Notes: generated by a model not told the origin, from the letters alone. A DNA stretch of 64,000 nucleotides from Vulcanimicrobiota bacterium (GCA_050250895.1 JBFWNU010000007.1:369030-433029), one strand, 5' to 3'. Positions 18,450 to 29,437 are shown, numbered from the stretch's first letter. A program made the numbers and translations.

Positions 18450-19044
18450 CTTCTCCTTCATCCTCGGTCTCGAGGCCAGCGCCGGCCAGGCCTCTAGGAG
18501 CGAGGATGTTGACGATCCGCTTGTTGGGGTCGTGGAGTAGCTCGACCTCTTTTTCGAACTCGAGCTCGTTGAGCCGTTTGTTCTGGCCGGGCTTCATCTT
18601 CGAGATGTCGAGCAGGTAGCTCTTGGGGATATCGGCCGGGAGGGCACGGATATTGAGTTCGCGGAGATAGAGCTGGGCCATGCCACCACGGGTCCTGACC
18701 TCGGCCTCGCCGGTCATACGCACGGGCACCTTGGCCTGGACTTTTTCGTCAAGCTTGATGCGCTTGAAGTCGACGTGGGTGAGAAATCGCTGAAAAACGT
18801 CGCGCTGATAGTCCGCCAGCATGCAGGTATGGGTGTCTCCACCTTCGACAGCGAGTTCGACGATGAGGTTGAGACCATGCTCCTTCATCAACCCGGCCAG
18901 GTTCTTCTCGTCGAGCTCGACCAGCACCGGCTCCTCGTTTCTGCCATAGAGCACGCCGGGGATGCGTCCCTGCGCACGAATCTTGCGGGCAACACCTTTG
19001 CCGGTGCCTTCACGTTGTTTACAATCTACCTTTACCTGGGCCAC
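18415..19044 (-). CDS. rplY: 50S ribosomal protein L25/Ctc
   Basis: GKGVARKIRAQGRIPGVLYG, HVDF; adjacent to pth; AAGGAGG RBS with GTG start. Confidence 0.95.
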   Translation of the reverse strand: MAQVKVDCKQREGTGKGVARKIRAQGRIPGVLYGRNEEPVLVELDEKNLAGLMKEHGLNLIVELAVEGGDTHTCMLADYQRDVFQRFLTHVDFKRIKLDEKVQAKVPVRMTGEAEVRTRGGMAQLYLRELNIRALPADIPKSYLLDISKMKPGQNKRLNELEFEKEVELLHDPNKRIVNILAPRGLAGAGLETEDEGEDGDNAEPAAAE

Positions 19045-19082
19045 GGGGCTCCTCCTTGTTATATGGGCGAAGAACTTTGGGG

Positions 19083-19112
19083 ATTCTAAGGCGACAGGCG
19101 ATCTCCTGTCAA
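19083..19112 (-). promoter_or_regulatory. Sigma70-type promoter for rplY-pth
   Basis: Minus strand TTGACA-N18-TAGAAT upstream of the rplY RBS. Confidence 0.6.
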
Positions 19113-19169
19113 GTCCGACAGGATTTGACAGGACCCAGGAGGGTTGGCGGGTGGGTAGAACAGGGGCGG

Positions 19170-20297
19170 ATGCCTAGCCAGGTTCGCCTGCTGGTGGCCC
19201 GATTGGACCGGCTGATGGAACGTATTGTCGTCTACCGTCCAACTGGGCGTCGGGCCAGGCCATGGAAGCTGCTGACTGCCCTTTTGCTGGCGGGCGCTTT
19301 TCTCATGCAGGTCTGGCGTCCCACTCAGCCGGTGGTCGATCTCTTTGTCTTTCCTGTGCTGGTAGCCTGTTTCTTTTTGCGCCGGGACGGCCTGAAGGCC
19401 ATCCCGGCGGCCCTGGTTCTCTATCACGTGGGGGCCATGATCGAAGGCCGGCTCAGCTGGCGAGTGCTCCTGCTCAACGATGCTATCCACCTGCTGGAGT
19501 GGGGATTGCTGAGCATGTTCGTGCTGGTCACGCTCGAAAAGTATGTGGCCGTGCGTCAACTCGAAGCCAACATCCGCCAGGATTTGCAACTGGCCAAGAC
19601 GCTCCAGACGGCGCTGGTGGTGCGCGAGTATGAGTTGGGCAAAGTTCGCATCGATGGCACGATCCACCAGTGCAACGATGTGGGGGGAGACTTCTTCTAC
19701 TTTAGACCCTTTCAGGAGAAATACGTCACCTTCTGCCTGGGGGACGTGATGGGCAAGGGGATCTCGGCGTCGTTGCTCATGTCGATGGTAATGAGCTTCA
19801 TGTTCGAGTGGGGCAAGAAGAGCCCATCTCCGAGTTTCGTGCTCAAGAAGCTCAATCATCGGCTGATGCGTCTGTGGGCCAGTCACTCCGACTTCTTTCT
19901 GGCCATGGTCTATGCCGTCTATAACGAACAGGACCAGCAGTTGACTTTCGCCGGTGGGGGCCATCAGGGTGGCCTGATCCTGCGGCGCGACGGCAGTATC
20001 GAACCGGCGACCACGGAGGGCCTTCCCCTGGGTGTGCTCGAAGAGGCCGAATACCCCGAGAAAACCGTCACCATGCAGGCCGGCGACCGGATGGTCCTGT
20101 GTACCGACGGTGTCACCGAGGCCCGCAGCCCCGGCGGAGACCTGTTTGGCGGCGAGCGGCTCGCCCAGGTCTTGCGCCGCGGAGTCGACCTGAGTGGCCG
20201 CGAGTTGGTCGAACAGCTCGAGGCGGCGGTGCTGCGCCATACGGGCGGAAACTACACCGACGACCTGGCCATTCTCGTCTTTAGCGTAAAACCCTGA
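19170..20297 (+). CDS. Membrane PP2C/SpoIIE (RsbU-like) Ser/Thr phosphatase
   Basis: VGGDFF, GDVMGKG, CTDGVTEA, DDLAIL; N-terminal TM helices; start uncertain. Confidence 0.9.
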   Translation: MPSQVRLLVARLDRLMERIVVYRPTGRRARPWKLLTALLLAGAFLMQVWRPTQPVVDLFVFPVLVACFFLRRDGLKAIPAALVLYHVGAMIEGRLSWRVLLLNDAIHLLEWGLLSMFVLVTLEKYVAVRQLEANIRQDLQLAKTLQTALVVREYELGKVRIDGTIHQCNDVGGDFFYFRPFQEKYVTFCLGDVMGKGISASLLMSMVMSFMFEWGKKSPSPSFVLKKLNHRLMRLWASHSDFFLAMVYAVYNEQDQQLTFAGGGHQGGLILRRDGSIEPATTEGLPLGVLEEAEYPEKTVTMQAGDRMVLCTDGVTEARSPGGDLFGGERLAQVLRRGVDLSGRELVEQLEAAVLRHTGGNYTDDLAILVFSVKP

Positions 20298-20354
20298 TTT
20301 TGCCTTCACTTGCGGTCTCTCGCGTGCTATACTCGAGGGTAGGAGAGTGATACC

Positions 20355-21275
20355 GTGAGAAAAAGGATGAGTGGGCTAGCCGTGGGCTGCACCTTGACTC
20401 TCCTTTTTTTACTTGCAGGAGCAGTCAGCGCCGAAGACTCGCGGGTGGTTGACCTGCTCTGGTCCCCGCGGGGCGACCGAGTGGCCGCCATCGTGGCCTC
20501 CCCCGGCTATCAGCTGGCGGTGGTCGGTCGCGATGGCAAGCCGTTCTATCAGAGTTTCTCGGCTCGCAATCTCCGGCTCTTCGGCTGGACGCCTGACGGC
20601 CAGGGAGTCGTGCTCGACCGAGGGCGGGACGGCCTGCTGGTGGTCTTTCCCGACGCGGGCCGCAGTCAACCTATCCCGCTCGAGGCCGGCAGCGTCCCCC
20701 TGGCCTGCGACGGAACCACGGTCTACTATCTCAGCCGCGGCCGCAGTCACTTGATGGCTCAGACGGGCAACGAGCAACGGGTGGTCGCCGTGTTACCCAG
20801 CGAGACCCGCCCGGCCGCCAGCCTCTCTCCCGACGGCAAACACCTGGCCTTGCGACGCTCGGTGCGCACGGCCGCCGGCTACGACACGGAAGTTTGGGTG
20901 CTCAGCGAAGGGGTCTATCGCCGCCTGGCTCGCGTGCCCGGCTCGTTCGTCCACCTGTGCTGGCATCCCACCAAGCCTGGCCTATTGATGAACGTCCCCA
21001 TCGAAAGCCGCCACTGGGATGCGTACGTCGCCTGGCTCAGCTCGCCAGAACCTCCCCAGCTTCACCCCGGCTTGCCTTCGCCGGCCCAATGGGATCGCGA
21101 AGGGCGAGCCTATTACGCCTCCGGGGCCGGTCTGTTCGAACTCGCCTCGGGTCGAGCCGTGGTCCAGTGGGGGGAAAGCCCGTCGGTTTGGGCCGTTTCT
21201 CCCGACGGTACCAGCGTGGTGACCTCGGTTTCCGCCGGCCGTTTGCCGGTGACCTTGAGCGCGCTGGCACGCTGA
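20355..21275 (+). CDS. Secreted beta-propeller (TolB/PD40-like) protein
   Basis: Signal peptide ending AVSA; WSPRG, WTPDG, LSPDG, VSPDG blade motifs; upstream TTCACT-N17-TATACT. Confidence 0.7.
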   Translation: MRKRMSGLAVGCTLTLLFLLAGAVSAEDSRVVDLLWSPRGDRVAAIVASPGYQLAVVGRDGKPFYQSFSARNLRLFGWTPDGQGVVLDRGRDGLLVVFPDAGRSQPIPLEAGSVPLACDGTTVYYLSRGRSHLMAQTGNEQRVVAVLPSETRPAASLSPDGKHLALRRSVRTAAGYDTEVWVLSEGVYRRLARVPGSFVHLCWHPTKPGLLMNVPIESRHWDAYVAWLSSPEPPQLHPGLPSPAQWDREGRAYYASGAGLFELASGRAVVQWGESPSVWAVSPDGTSVVTSVSAGRLPVTLSALAR

Positions 21276-21383
21276 CGGTCGCAGGAACTGTAAGCCTCTA
21301 AGGGGAAGCTCGGCGCCATCCGGCGGCCCGGCTGCGCATCACCTGGGTTGAAGGGATTCCGCTCCAAGCGCTGAGAGGAGACA

Positions 21384-23390
21384 GTGGTGGCAACCAACCT
21401 GCAAAGTATCGAAACCCAATGCATCAACGTGATTCGAGGCCTGGCCATGGACGGTCCTCAGAAGGCCGACAGCGGCCATCCCGGCACGGCCATGGCCTGC
21501 GCTCCCATCGGTTGGAGCCTTTATGGCAAGCTGATGCGGCACAATCCGGCCAACCCCGACTGGGTCAACCGTGACCGCTTCGTCCTCTCCTGCGGTCACG
21601 CGTGCATCTTGCAGTATAGCCTGCTCCATCTCACCGGTTACGCGCTGACTCGCGATGACCTGATCCACTTCCGCCAATGGGAGAGCAAGACTCCCGGACA
21701 TCCCGAGAACTTCCTCACTCCCGGCGTCGAGACCACCACCGGGCCGTTGGGTCAAGGCTTTGCTCACGCGGTGGGCATGGCGCTAGCCGAACGCTTTCTG
21801 GCCAGTCACTTCAATCGTCCCGACCATCAGGTGGTGGACCACTACACCTACGTGCTCGCTTCCGATGGCGACCTGATGGAGGGTGTTAGCGCCGAGGCCT
21901 CGTCGATCGCGGGTCACCTTCAGCTGGGCAAACTGGTGGTGCTGTGGGATGACAACCATATCACCATCGAGGGGGACACCGAGCTGGCCTTCAGCGAGAA
22001 CGTCGACGACCGCTACCGAGCCTACGGATGGCACGTCCAGCGGGTGGACGACGTCAACGACCTCGAGGCTTTGAACAAAGCTCTCGAGAACGCCAAATCC
22101 GACCCGCGCCCCTCTTTCATCGCCGTGCGAACCCACATCGCCTATCCGGCCCCCACGGCCCAGGATACAGCCGAGGCCCACGGTTCGCCCCTGGGCGACG
22201 AAGAGATCGCCGCCACCAAGAAGTTGCTGGGACTGCCTCCCGATCAGACTTTCTATATCCCCGACGAGGTCAGCAAATACGCCTCGCGGGTCGAGCAAGG
22301 TCAACAGTGGGAAAAAGAGTGGAGGGCTGCTTTCGAGGCCTATCGCTCAGCCCATCCCGAGCTGGCCGCCCAGTTCGAACAATGGATGGAAGGACGCCTG
22401 CCCGAGGGGTGGGACGCTGACCTGCCGACCTTCAAAGCCGGCGAATCGGTGGCCACCCGCAACTCGTCGGGCAAGGTGATCAACGCCCTGGCGCCCAAGC
22501 TGGGCAATCTGATCGGTGGTTCGGCCGACCTGGCCGGTTCGACCAAGACCCTGATGAGTTGCACCCAATCGCAGAGCGCCGCCAAACCGGCCGGTCGCAA
22601 CATGCATTTCGGCATCCGCGAGCATGCCATGGCTGCCATGGTGAACGGAATGTCTCTCCATGGCGGGCTCATCCCGTATGGAGCGACCTTTTTCGTCTTC
22701 ACCGACTACATGCGTCCGTCGCTGCGTCTGGCCGCGCTCATGGGTGTGCCGGCCATTCACGTGCTGACCCATGACAGCATCGGACTGGGTGAGGATGGAC
22801 CGACCCATCAGCCAATCGAACATCTGGCCGCCATGCGGGCCATTCCCAATTTCACCATCATTCGCCCGGCCGACGCCAACGAGGTTCGCGAGGCCTGGAG
22901 GGTTGCTATCACCAAGAAAGACGGCCCGGTAGGGCTGGTGCTGACTCGTCAAAACGTCCCCACTTTTGACCGTTCGGTCTGTGGGGCCGCCGAGGGTTTG
23001 GCACAAGGCGCCTACGTGCTGGCCGAAGCCGAAGGGGGAGAGCCCAGGGTGGTGCTGATCGGCACGGGTTCTGAGGTCTCGGTGTGCATGGATGCCCGGG
23101 AGTTGCTCCAGCAAGACGGCATCCCCACGCGGGTCGTCAGCATGCCTTCGTGGGAACTGTTCGAGGCTCAAGAACAGCGTTACCGCGACAGTGTGCTTCC
23201 CCCCTCGGTCACGGCCCGGGTGGCCGTCGAGGCCGGTTGCAGCTTTGGCTGGCAGCGCTATGTCGGCAGCCGGGGCGCTTGCGTCTGCATCGACCACTTC
23301 GGGGCCTCGGCGCCCTGGCAAACCAATATGGAGAAGTTCGGTTTCACCAAAGAGAACGTGGCCGCTACGGCCCGAAAAGTTCTCGAATAA
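21384..23390 (+). CDS. tkt: Transketolase
   Basis: [48 protein letters not shown]. Confidence 0.98.
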   Translation: MVATNLQSIETQCINVIRGLAMDGPQKADSGHPGTAMACAPIGWSLYGKLMRHNPANPDWVNRDRFVLSCGHACILQYSLLHLTGYALTRDDLIHFRQWESKTPGHPENFLTPGVETTTGPLGQGFAHAVGMALAERFLASHFNRPDHQVVDHYTYVLASDGDLMEGVSAEASSIAGHLQLGKLVVLWDDNHITIEGDTELAFSENVDDRYRAYGWHVQRVDDVNDLEALNKALENAKSDPRPSFIAVRTHIAYPAPTAQDTAEAHGSPLGDEEIAATKKLLGLPPDQTFYIPDEVSKYASRVEQGQQWEKEWRAAFEAYRSAHPELAAQFEQWMEGRLPEGWDADLPTFKAGESVATRNSSGKVINALAPKLGNLIGGSADLAGSTKTLMSCTQSQSAAKPAGRNMHFGIREHAMAAMVNGMSLHGGLIPYGATFFVFTDYMRPSLRLAALMGVPAIHVLTHDSIGLGEDGPTHQPIEHLAAMRAIPNFTIIRPADANEVREAWRVAITKKDGPVGLVLTRQNVPTFDRSVCGAAEGLAQGAYVLAEAEGGEPRVVLIGTGSEVSVCMDARELLQQDGIPTRVVSMPSWELFEAQEQRYRDSVLPPSVTARVAVEAGCSFGWQRYVGSRGACVCIDHFGASAPWQTNMEKFGFTKENVAATARKVLE

Positions 23391-23407
23391 ATCTCAGGAG
23401 GTCCATC

Positions 23408-24523
23408 ATGGCAAATCCCTTATCTCAACTTCATTCGGCCGGCGTTAGCGTTTGGCTCGACTTTCTCAGTCGCGACATGCTCACTTCGGGCGAGTTGGTG
23501 AAGCGCATCGAGCGTGACTCGTTGCGTGGTCAGACCTCGAATCCGACGATTTTCGAACAGGTCATCTCCGAGGGGGATGCTTATGACGACGACATTCGCG
23601 CCGGTGTCAAAGCCGGCAAGTCAGCCGAGGACATCTGTTGGGAGTTGATGGCCAGTGACGTGCAGGACGCCTGCGATGTCTTTCGCCCTCTCTACGAAGA
23701 ATCAGGCGGCGAAGACGGCTATGTCAGCCTGGAACTCAATCCCGAGAAGGCGCACGACACCGCTTACAGCATTTCTCAGGCCGAGGAGCTGTGGGGTCGG
23801 GTCGATCGTCCCAATCTGATGCTGAAGGTTCCGGGAACCAAAGAAGGATTGCCGGTGATCGAAGAACTGATCTGGCAGGGTATGAACGTCAACGTCACGC
23901 TGCTGTTTGCGGTCGAGCGCTACGAAGAGGTGATGGACGCCTTCATGAAGGGGCTCGAGCGACGCCTCGAGGCGGGCAAGTCGGTCAAAGGTATCGCCTC
24001 GGTCGCCAGCTTCTTCATTAGCCGGGTCGAAAGCGAAGTCGACAAGCGGCTGTCCAAGCTCGACGGAGGCAAAGCCCTGCAAGGCCAGACGGCGGTAGCC
24101 AACGCTCGCATGGCCTACAAGGCTTTTCAGGAGAGGTTTGCCTCCCCCCGTTGGAAGAAGCTCGAGGCGGCCGGAGCCTCGCTGCAGCGTCCGCTGTGGG
24201 CCAGCACCAGCACCAAGAATCCCGACTACAAAGACACGATGTACGTCGACGAACTGATCGGCCCCCACTGCGTCAACACGATGCCCGACGCGACCATCGA
24301 GGCATTCGCCGATCACGGCACGGTCGAGCGCACCCTGACGGCCGAGACCATAGCCCAGGCAGCCGAGGTGCTCAAGAAGGTCTCGGCCGCCGGTGTCGAT
24401 CTTGAGGACGTTACCCTGAACACGCTGGTGGTAGAAGGGGTTCGCAAGTTCGCTGACTCGTACAAGTCGTTGTTGTCGACTCTCGAAGATTCGATGAAAC
24501 AGCTCGAACGGGTCGCGTCCTGA
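23408..24523 (+). CDS. tal: Transaldolase
   Basis: VWLDFLSR, TSNPTIF, LMLKVPGT, VNVTLLF, RPLWASTSTK; AGGAGG RBS before ATG 23408. Confidence 0.96.
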   Translation: MANPLSQLHSAGVSVWLDFLSRDMLTSGELVKRIERDSLRGQTSNPTIFEQVISEGDAYDDDIRAGVKAGKSAEDICWELMASDVQDACDVFRPLYEESGGEDGYVSLELNPEKAHDTAYSISQAEELWGRVDRPNLMLKVPGTKEGLPVIEELIWQGMNVNVTLLFAVERYEEVMDAFMKGLERRLEAGKSVKGIASVASFFISRVESEVDKRLSKLDGGKALQGQTAVANARMAYKAFQERFASPRWKKLEAAGASLQRPLWASTSTKNPDYKDTMYVDELIGPHCVNTMPDATIEAFADHGTVERTLTAETIAQAAEVLKKVSAAGVDLEDVTLNTLVVEGVRKFADSYKSLLSTLEDSMKQLERVAS

Positions 24524-24527
24524 CTGA

Positions 24528-26042
24528 ATGAGCACGCAAATGGCAACCAACCCCCTGCGCGAGGGTCTCTCCCGGGTCAAGACGCCGCAGCCCTGCGTGA
24601 TGGTGATCTTTGGGGCTTCCGGTGATCTCACCCAGGGCAAACTCGTGCCCGCGTTGTTTGCGCTCAAGCAGCAAGGCTTGTTGCCGCGGGAGTTTTCGGT
24701 GGTCGGAATCTCGCGCCGCCCGCTGTCTCATGAGGAGTTTCGCGAACAGGTCAAGCCCGACGACTGCAAGGACGAGGCCGCCTGGAGCGAATTCTCTCAG
24801 AGCCTCTTCTACATGTCGGGCGATTACAACCAGGATCAATGCTACGAGGATTTGACCCGGCGTCTGGGGGAGGTTGACCAGGAGCGTGGCACCGGGGGTA
24901 ACCGGTTGTTCTATCTCAGCGTGGCGCCGTCGGCCTTTCCGGTGATCGTGTCCAAGCTCGGCCAGCACGGCATGGCAGACGACAACGACAACGGCTGGGT
25001 GCGGGTCATTCTCGAGAAGCCCTTCGGAACCGACCTCGAGTCAGCTCTTTCTCTCAATCGCGAGGTCCATCGCACCTTCAACGAGCAGCAGATCTATCGT
25101 ATCGACCACTATCTGGGCAAAGAGACCGTCCAGAACATTCTGGCCTTTCGCTTCGCCAACGGCATCTTCGAGCCTATCTGGAATCGCCGCTATATCGACC
25201 ATATTCAGGTGACGGCGGCCGAGACTGTGGGCGTGGGTCAGCGCGCGGGTTACTACGACAAGTCGGGAGCCCTGCGGGACATGGTGCAAAACCACTTGAT
25301 GCAGTTGCTGGCCCTGGTTGCCATGGAGCCTCCCACCAGCTTTGACGCCGACGCCGTGCGCGACGAAAAGGTCAAAGTGATGCGGGCTATCCGCACCTAT
25401 GCGCCCGACGAAGTGCCCGACAACGCCATCCGAGGCCAGTACGACGCGGGTTTCATCGACGGCAAGCCGGTCCAAGGCTACCGCGAGGCCGAGGGTGTGG
25501 CCCCTGACTCTCAGAACGAGACCTATGCGGCCGTTCGCTTTCGGCTCGACAATTGGCGTTGGCAGGGAGTCCCGTTCTATTTGCGCACGGGTAAGTGCCT
25601 GGCTCGCAAGGTGACCGAGGTGGCGATCGTCTTTAAACCGGTGCCTCACAGTCTGTTTGGCGCCCTCGACGAGGGGCTGGCTCCCAACGTGCTCGTCATC
25701 AAGATTGGGCCCGAAGAGGGCATCGCTCTTCGCTTTGCCACCAAGTTGCCGGGAATGACCACCCGTATTCGCTGGGTGAACATGGACTTCGACTACGGCG
25801 AGTCCTTTGCGACTCCCTCGCCGACCGCCTACCAGCGCTTGCTTCACGACTGTATGATCGGCGACGCCACCCTCTACACTCGGGCCGACGGCATCGAAGC
25901 TGCCTGGGTGGTCTGCCAACCCATCCTGGACTATTGGGCCGCTGATCCCCAGCCAATCCCTCGCTATGAGGCTGGCAGTTGGGGTCCGCGCGAGGCCGAG
26001 ACCTGGATGGAAGACGAAGGCCGCTACTGGAGAAAGTTGTGA
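24528..26042 (+). CDS. zwf: Glucose-6-phosphate 1-dehydrogenase
   Basis: IFGASGDL, EKPFG, RIDHYLGKE, RWQGVPFYLRTGK. Confidence 0.98.
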   Translation: MSTQMATNPLREGLSRVKTPQPCVMVIFGASGDLTQGKLVPALFALKQQGLLPREFSVVGISRRPLSHEEFREQVKPDDCKDEAAWSEFSQSLFYMSGDYNQDQCYEDLTRRLGEVDQERGTGGNRLFYLSVAPSAFPVIVSKLGQHGMADDNDNGWVRVILEKPFGTDLESALSLNREVHRTFNEQQIYRIDHYLGKETVQNILAFRFANGIFEPIWNRRYIDHIQVTAAETVGVGQRAGYYDKSGALRDMVQNHLMQLLALVAMEPPTSFDADAVRDEKVKVMRAIRTYAPDEVPDNAIRGQYDAGFIDGKPVQGYREAEGVAPDSQNETYAAVRFRLDNWRWQGVPFYLRTGKCLARKVTEVAIVFKPVPHSLFGALDEGLAPNVLVIKIGPEEGIALRFATKLPGMTTRIRWVNMDFDYGESFATPSPTAYQRLLHDCMIGDATLYTRADGIEAAWVVCQPILDYWAADPQPIPRYEAGSWGPREAETWMEDEGRYWRKL

Positions 26043-27079
26043 TCGAGCTAGCCAATCTAGCTCGTAAAGTGGCTGGTGCCGGGGCGATTCGGTTGGATTC
26101 GACCGATCTCCGGGCCGCCTTGCATAGTCACTGGGAATCGCTCAAGAAAGAGGCTGAGCCTCAGACTCGGGTGGCCACCATGAATCTGCTATTGGGAGTG
26201 TCGCACCCGGAGGACTGCCTGGGACTGGCCGAACTGCTCGATCCACTTTCTCACTCTCACCCTGGACGAATGGTGGTTTTCGTCTTTGATAGCGAGACCC
26301 ACGAAGCTTCCATCGAGGGCTGGTTCAACTCGACTTGCATGCAGCAACATCCCGAGCGTATCTGCTCTGAGCGCATCGTCATCTACTGTCCCGGCTCTCC
26401 CGCCCGGGTGCCCAGCCTGGTGCTCCCCTTGACCGTGCCGGGCCTGCCCGTCTTTCACTGGTGGCGCGGAGAACCACCGTTCGGCTCGGACCTGCTCGAG
26501 CGATTGGTGGAGGCGAGCGACCGCGTGATCTTTGACTCGAATCGTTTTTCTCTCGCTAGCGGCATGAGCCGCATGAGTCGACTGATCAACGATCCCTACC
26601 ACACCGAGCAGGCTTTCTCGGATTTATCCTGGGGAAGGGCCCAGTTGGCTCGGGAAAAGGTGGCCGCCCTATTCGACGGTCAGGCCGGTTTGGCCGCTCT
26701 GGATACCATCGCCGAGGTGACCATCGCCGGACCCGGGGAACGTCCTGGCCCGTCTGGTTTGCTACTGGCCGGCTGGCTGGCCAGCCGTCTCGGCTGGAAG
26801 GTGGTCAACCCCTTGCGGGCCGAGGGTCGGACCTGGATGGGCGATCTGATCCACCAGGGACGAGGCATCAGGCTCCGCCTGGCGGGGGGACGAGACAGCG
26901 GCTGGCAGGTGGCCTTCGGCCCCGGTCTGGTCACCGAGGCTCCGCCTTTGAAGGGAGCTGAGTTGATGGGTCGAGAGTTCGACATTCAGGGTCGAGACCG
27001 GGTCTTTGAAGAGGCTCTGGAGTCAGCTCTGGTCATTACTGGTGAGAAGGAGGCCCGAACCAATGGCAGCTCGCGTTGA
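26039..27079 (+). CDS. opcA: G6PDH assembly protein OpcA
   Basis: GTG overlaps the zwf stop; HPGR, ICSERI, LPVFHWWRG, DLSW, LLAGWLASRLGW. Confidence 0.88.
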   Translation: MIELANLARKVAGAGAIRLDSTDLRAALHSHWESLKKEAEPQTRVATMNLLLGVSHPEDCLGLAELLDPLSHSHPGRMVVFVFDSETHEASIEGWFNSTCMQQHPERICSERIVIYCPGSPARVPSLVLPLTVPGLPVFHWWRGEPPFGSDLLERLVEASDRVIFDSNRFSLASGMSRMSRLINDPYHTEQAFSDLSWGRAQLAREKVAALFDGQAGLAALDTIAEVTIAGPGERPGPSGLLLAGWLASRLGWKVVNPLRAEGRTWMGDLIHQGRGIRLRLAGGRDSGWQVAFGPGLVTEAPPLKGAELMGREFDIQGRDRVFEEALESALVITGEKEARTNGSSR

Positions 27080-27758
27080 GGTTCTTGACGACCTGGAGGC
27101 TATCTCGCAGTTCGCCCTGCGGCGCCTGCAGCAAGCGCTGGCGGCAGCCGATGGCGACTTTCACCTGGCTCTGGCCGGCGGCAGCACCCCCAAGCATCTT
27201 TACGGCCTGATGAGCGGCCAGGATTTGCCATGGCACAGGATCCATCTCTGGTGGGGGGATGAGCGCCACGTGCCCCACGACCACCAGGATAGTAACTTTC
27301 GTATGGTCAAAGAGGCGTTGCTCGACAAAATTGGACTCTCATCGGATCAGATCCACCCCTGGCCTTACCATGATGACCCGAGCCGCACGGCCGAGGCCTA
27401 CGAGCAGGAACTACGAGCCCGTTTCGGTGACGAGGCCACGTTCGACCTGACTTTTTTGGGAATGGGCGACGACGGCCACACGGCGTCGCTCTTTCCAGGT
27501 ACCTCGGCGCTGCAGGTCCAGGATCGCCTGGCGGTAGCCAATCGCGTCGAGCAACTCGATACCTGGCGCCTCACCCTGACCTATCCGGCCCTGGCCCGTT
27601 CGAGCGAGGTGCTGTTCCTGGTGGCTGGCGCCGGCAAAGCCGAAGCCCTGGAACAGGTGCTCGAAGAGGGACGATTGCCGTCTGCCCAGGTGCGCGCTCG
27701 TGAGCAGCTGGTGTTCGCGGTCGATAAAGCGGCGGCCCGGCACCTGGCCGCCAAATAA
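27063..27758 (+). CDS. pgl: 6-phosphogluconolactonase
   Basis: LAGGSTP, WGDERHVP, SNFRM, GMGDDGHTASLFP. Confidence 0.96.
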   Translation: MAARVEVLDDLEAISQFALRRLQQALAAADGDFHLALAGGSTPKHLYGLMSGQDLPWHRIHLWWGDERHVPHDHQDSNFRMVKEALLDKIGLSSDQIHPWPYHDDPSRTAEAYEQELRARFGDEATFDLTFLGMGDDGHTASLFPGTSALQVQDRLAVANRVEQLDTWRLTLTYPALARSSEVLFLVAGAGKAEALEQVLEEGRLPSAQVRAREQLVFAVDKAAARHLAAK

Positions 27759-27781
27759 AAAAGCCCTCCGTCGGGGAGGGC
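27757..27781 (-). terminator. Rho-independent terminator between convergent pgl and XRE genes
   Basis: GCCCTCC/GGAGGGC stem followed by a T6 run on the minus strand. Confidence 0.7.
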
Positions 27782-27800
27782 CTTCAGGGCACGATATCGA

Positions 27801-28232
27801 TCAGGCTTTGGCCGAGCTCTTGCGGGTGCGTCGGACTTTGCCTTTCTGATCTCGGATCGTCTTGACGTAAGCGTCCAACATTTCCGCTACTTTTTTCTGC
27901 TGGCCCGGAGTCAGGTTAAAAAGCTCGCGGATTGCCACCCGGAGTTCTTTCTCCAGCATTTTGTCGGCTTTGTAGCTCTCGATCTTCTCTAGCAGATCCT
28001 TCACAGGGATCTTTTCCGGGGCGTATCCGGCCACCAATAGAGTCCGGTCGACATCGGCCTGAATCGCCTTGGCGATCTCCAGAACCTTGTCTTTCCGGGG
28101 GACATAGCCGTCCCGTTCAATCAAAGTGACGTAACTAGGGTCGATTTTCGCCAATTCGGCTAATTTGCGACGGGTAAGTTGGCGAGCTTTTCTTCTATCT
28201 CTGACGTAGTTCGCCCAAGCCTGGTTCCTCAT
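27801..28232 (-). CDS. XRE-family HTH transcriptional regulator
   Basis: LTRRKLAELAKIDPSYVTLIERDGYVP helix-turn-helix; GAAGGAGG RBS. Confidence 0.9.
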   Translation of the reverse strand: MRNQAWANYVRDRRKARQLTRRKLAELAKIDPSYVTLIERDGYVPRKDKVLEIAKAIQADVDRTLLVAGYAPEKIPVKDLLEKIESYKADKMLEKELRVAIRELFNLTPGQQKKVAEMLDAYVKTIRDQKGKVRRTRKSSAKA

Positions 28233-28615
28233 GCTGACAACGCGCCCTCCTTCGCGGATATGCTCTCAGATTATATCAAATAATCGAATGAATTACAATC
28301 ATTCTTGGAGAAAGATTCATTCCCTGCCAGTCTCTCGAAAACCCTTTCGAGAAAAGGCGTCAAAGCTATATTTGAAGCCGATTCAATCTTCAAAAAAATG
28401 AATCTTCTTCTGCCTATTTTCCCCTCCGCGAGAGGCCAGGTCAAGCCCCGAAAATGGCTTGCTTCCAGTACCCGGCGAGCCGCTGGCTCAGCGCTCGCCG
28501 GCTTGAAGGCGCAGAGACGCCGAGGGGCAGGCTCTAGCGGCACTGGCGACAACGTCCCCAGCCGGTAACTGGCCAAGGCGTGTAACGTTTCCTCCCCGAA
28601 TCGGTCCCAGCTAGC

Positions 28616-29437
28616 ATGGCACGAATCAAGAACTGCACTCTTTGCCTCACTCTGGTGGCCATACTCTGCGTGCTGGCCTGGGCTCAGGCACGCTACGAGG
28701 TGGCCACCGACCAGGCTGCGGTGATCCAGGTCAGCGGTACCGTCGAGGGACGGCCTGCCGGCCAATCCAGCTGGAGGCCTCTGGTCGAATCCAGCCTGCT
28801 GCGGGCCGGAGATAGAATCCGGACTCGTTCCGGTTCAGGAGCGGCCATTCTGCTGAGTGACCAGACCATCATGAAGTTGGCCGAGAACACCGAGTTGCTG
28901 TTGGTCGATCTTCGCCTGAGCGAGAATGGCAATTGGATCCGGCGTTTCCAGTTGCAGGTGGGGCGCGTCTGGTCGGATGTCACGCCGATGGAACGGTCGG
29001 ATTCCATTTTCGAGGTCAGGGGTCCCGATGCCATGGCCGCTGTCAAAGGGACAGCCTTCGAAGTCGAGGTCGATGCCGAGGCAACCGAGGTCCGGGTTTG
29101 GGAGGGGTCGGTGCTGGCTACCCGGGAGGACGGTCAAGCCTCGGATCTGGTGGGGGCCGACCCCCGCTTTGCTCACAATCGTTTCCGGGTAGCCCGGGGC
29201 GGTGCCGTCAGCCGCTCTCGCTTTTCGTCCAGCCAGGCCGACCCCTGGCAGAAATGGAACCTCGAGAACCGGAGAGCGCTGCTCAAACTGCGCCAGTCCA
29301 AGCATCTCGATTCCGCCCAACTCAAAGCCATTCGGCAGCGGTTCAAGCAGTCGCCGCTACCCGCTCGCCAGCGCCTGCGACGCGGAGGAGCCGAGCGGCC
29401 CGGGCCAAGCCCCCTCAGGCCTCGAACTCGGCGATGA
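28616..29437 (+). CDS. FecR-domain periplasmic protein
   Basis: Signal peptide; GDRIRT, AAVKGTAFEV, VRVWEGSV. Confidence 0.85.
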   Translation: MARIKNCTLCLTLVAILCVLAWAQARYEVATDQAAVIQVSGTVEGRPAGQSSWRPLVESSLLRAGDRIRTRSGSGAAILLSDQTIMKLAENTELLLVDLRLSENGNWIRRFQLQVGRVWSDVTPMERSDSIFEVRGPDAMAAVKGTAFEVEVDAEATEVRVWEGSVLATREDGQASDLVGADPRFAHNRFRVARGGAVSRSRFSSSQADPWQKWNLENRRALLKLRQSKHLDSAQLKAIRQRFKQSPLPARQRLRRGGAERPGPSPLRPRTRR

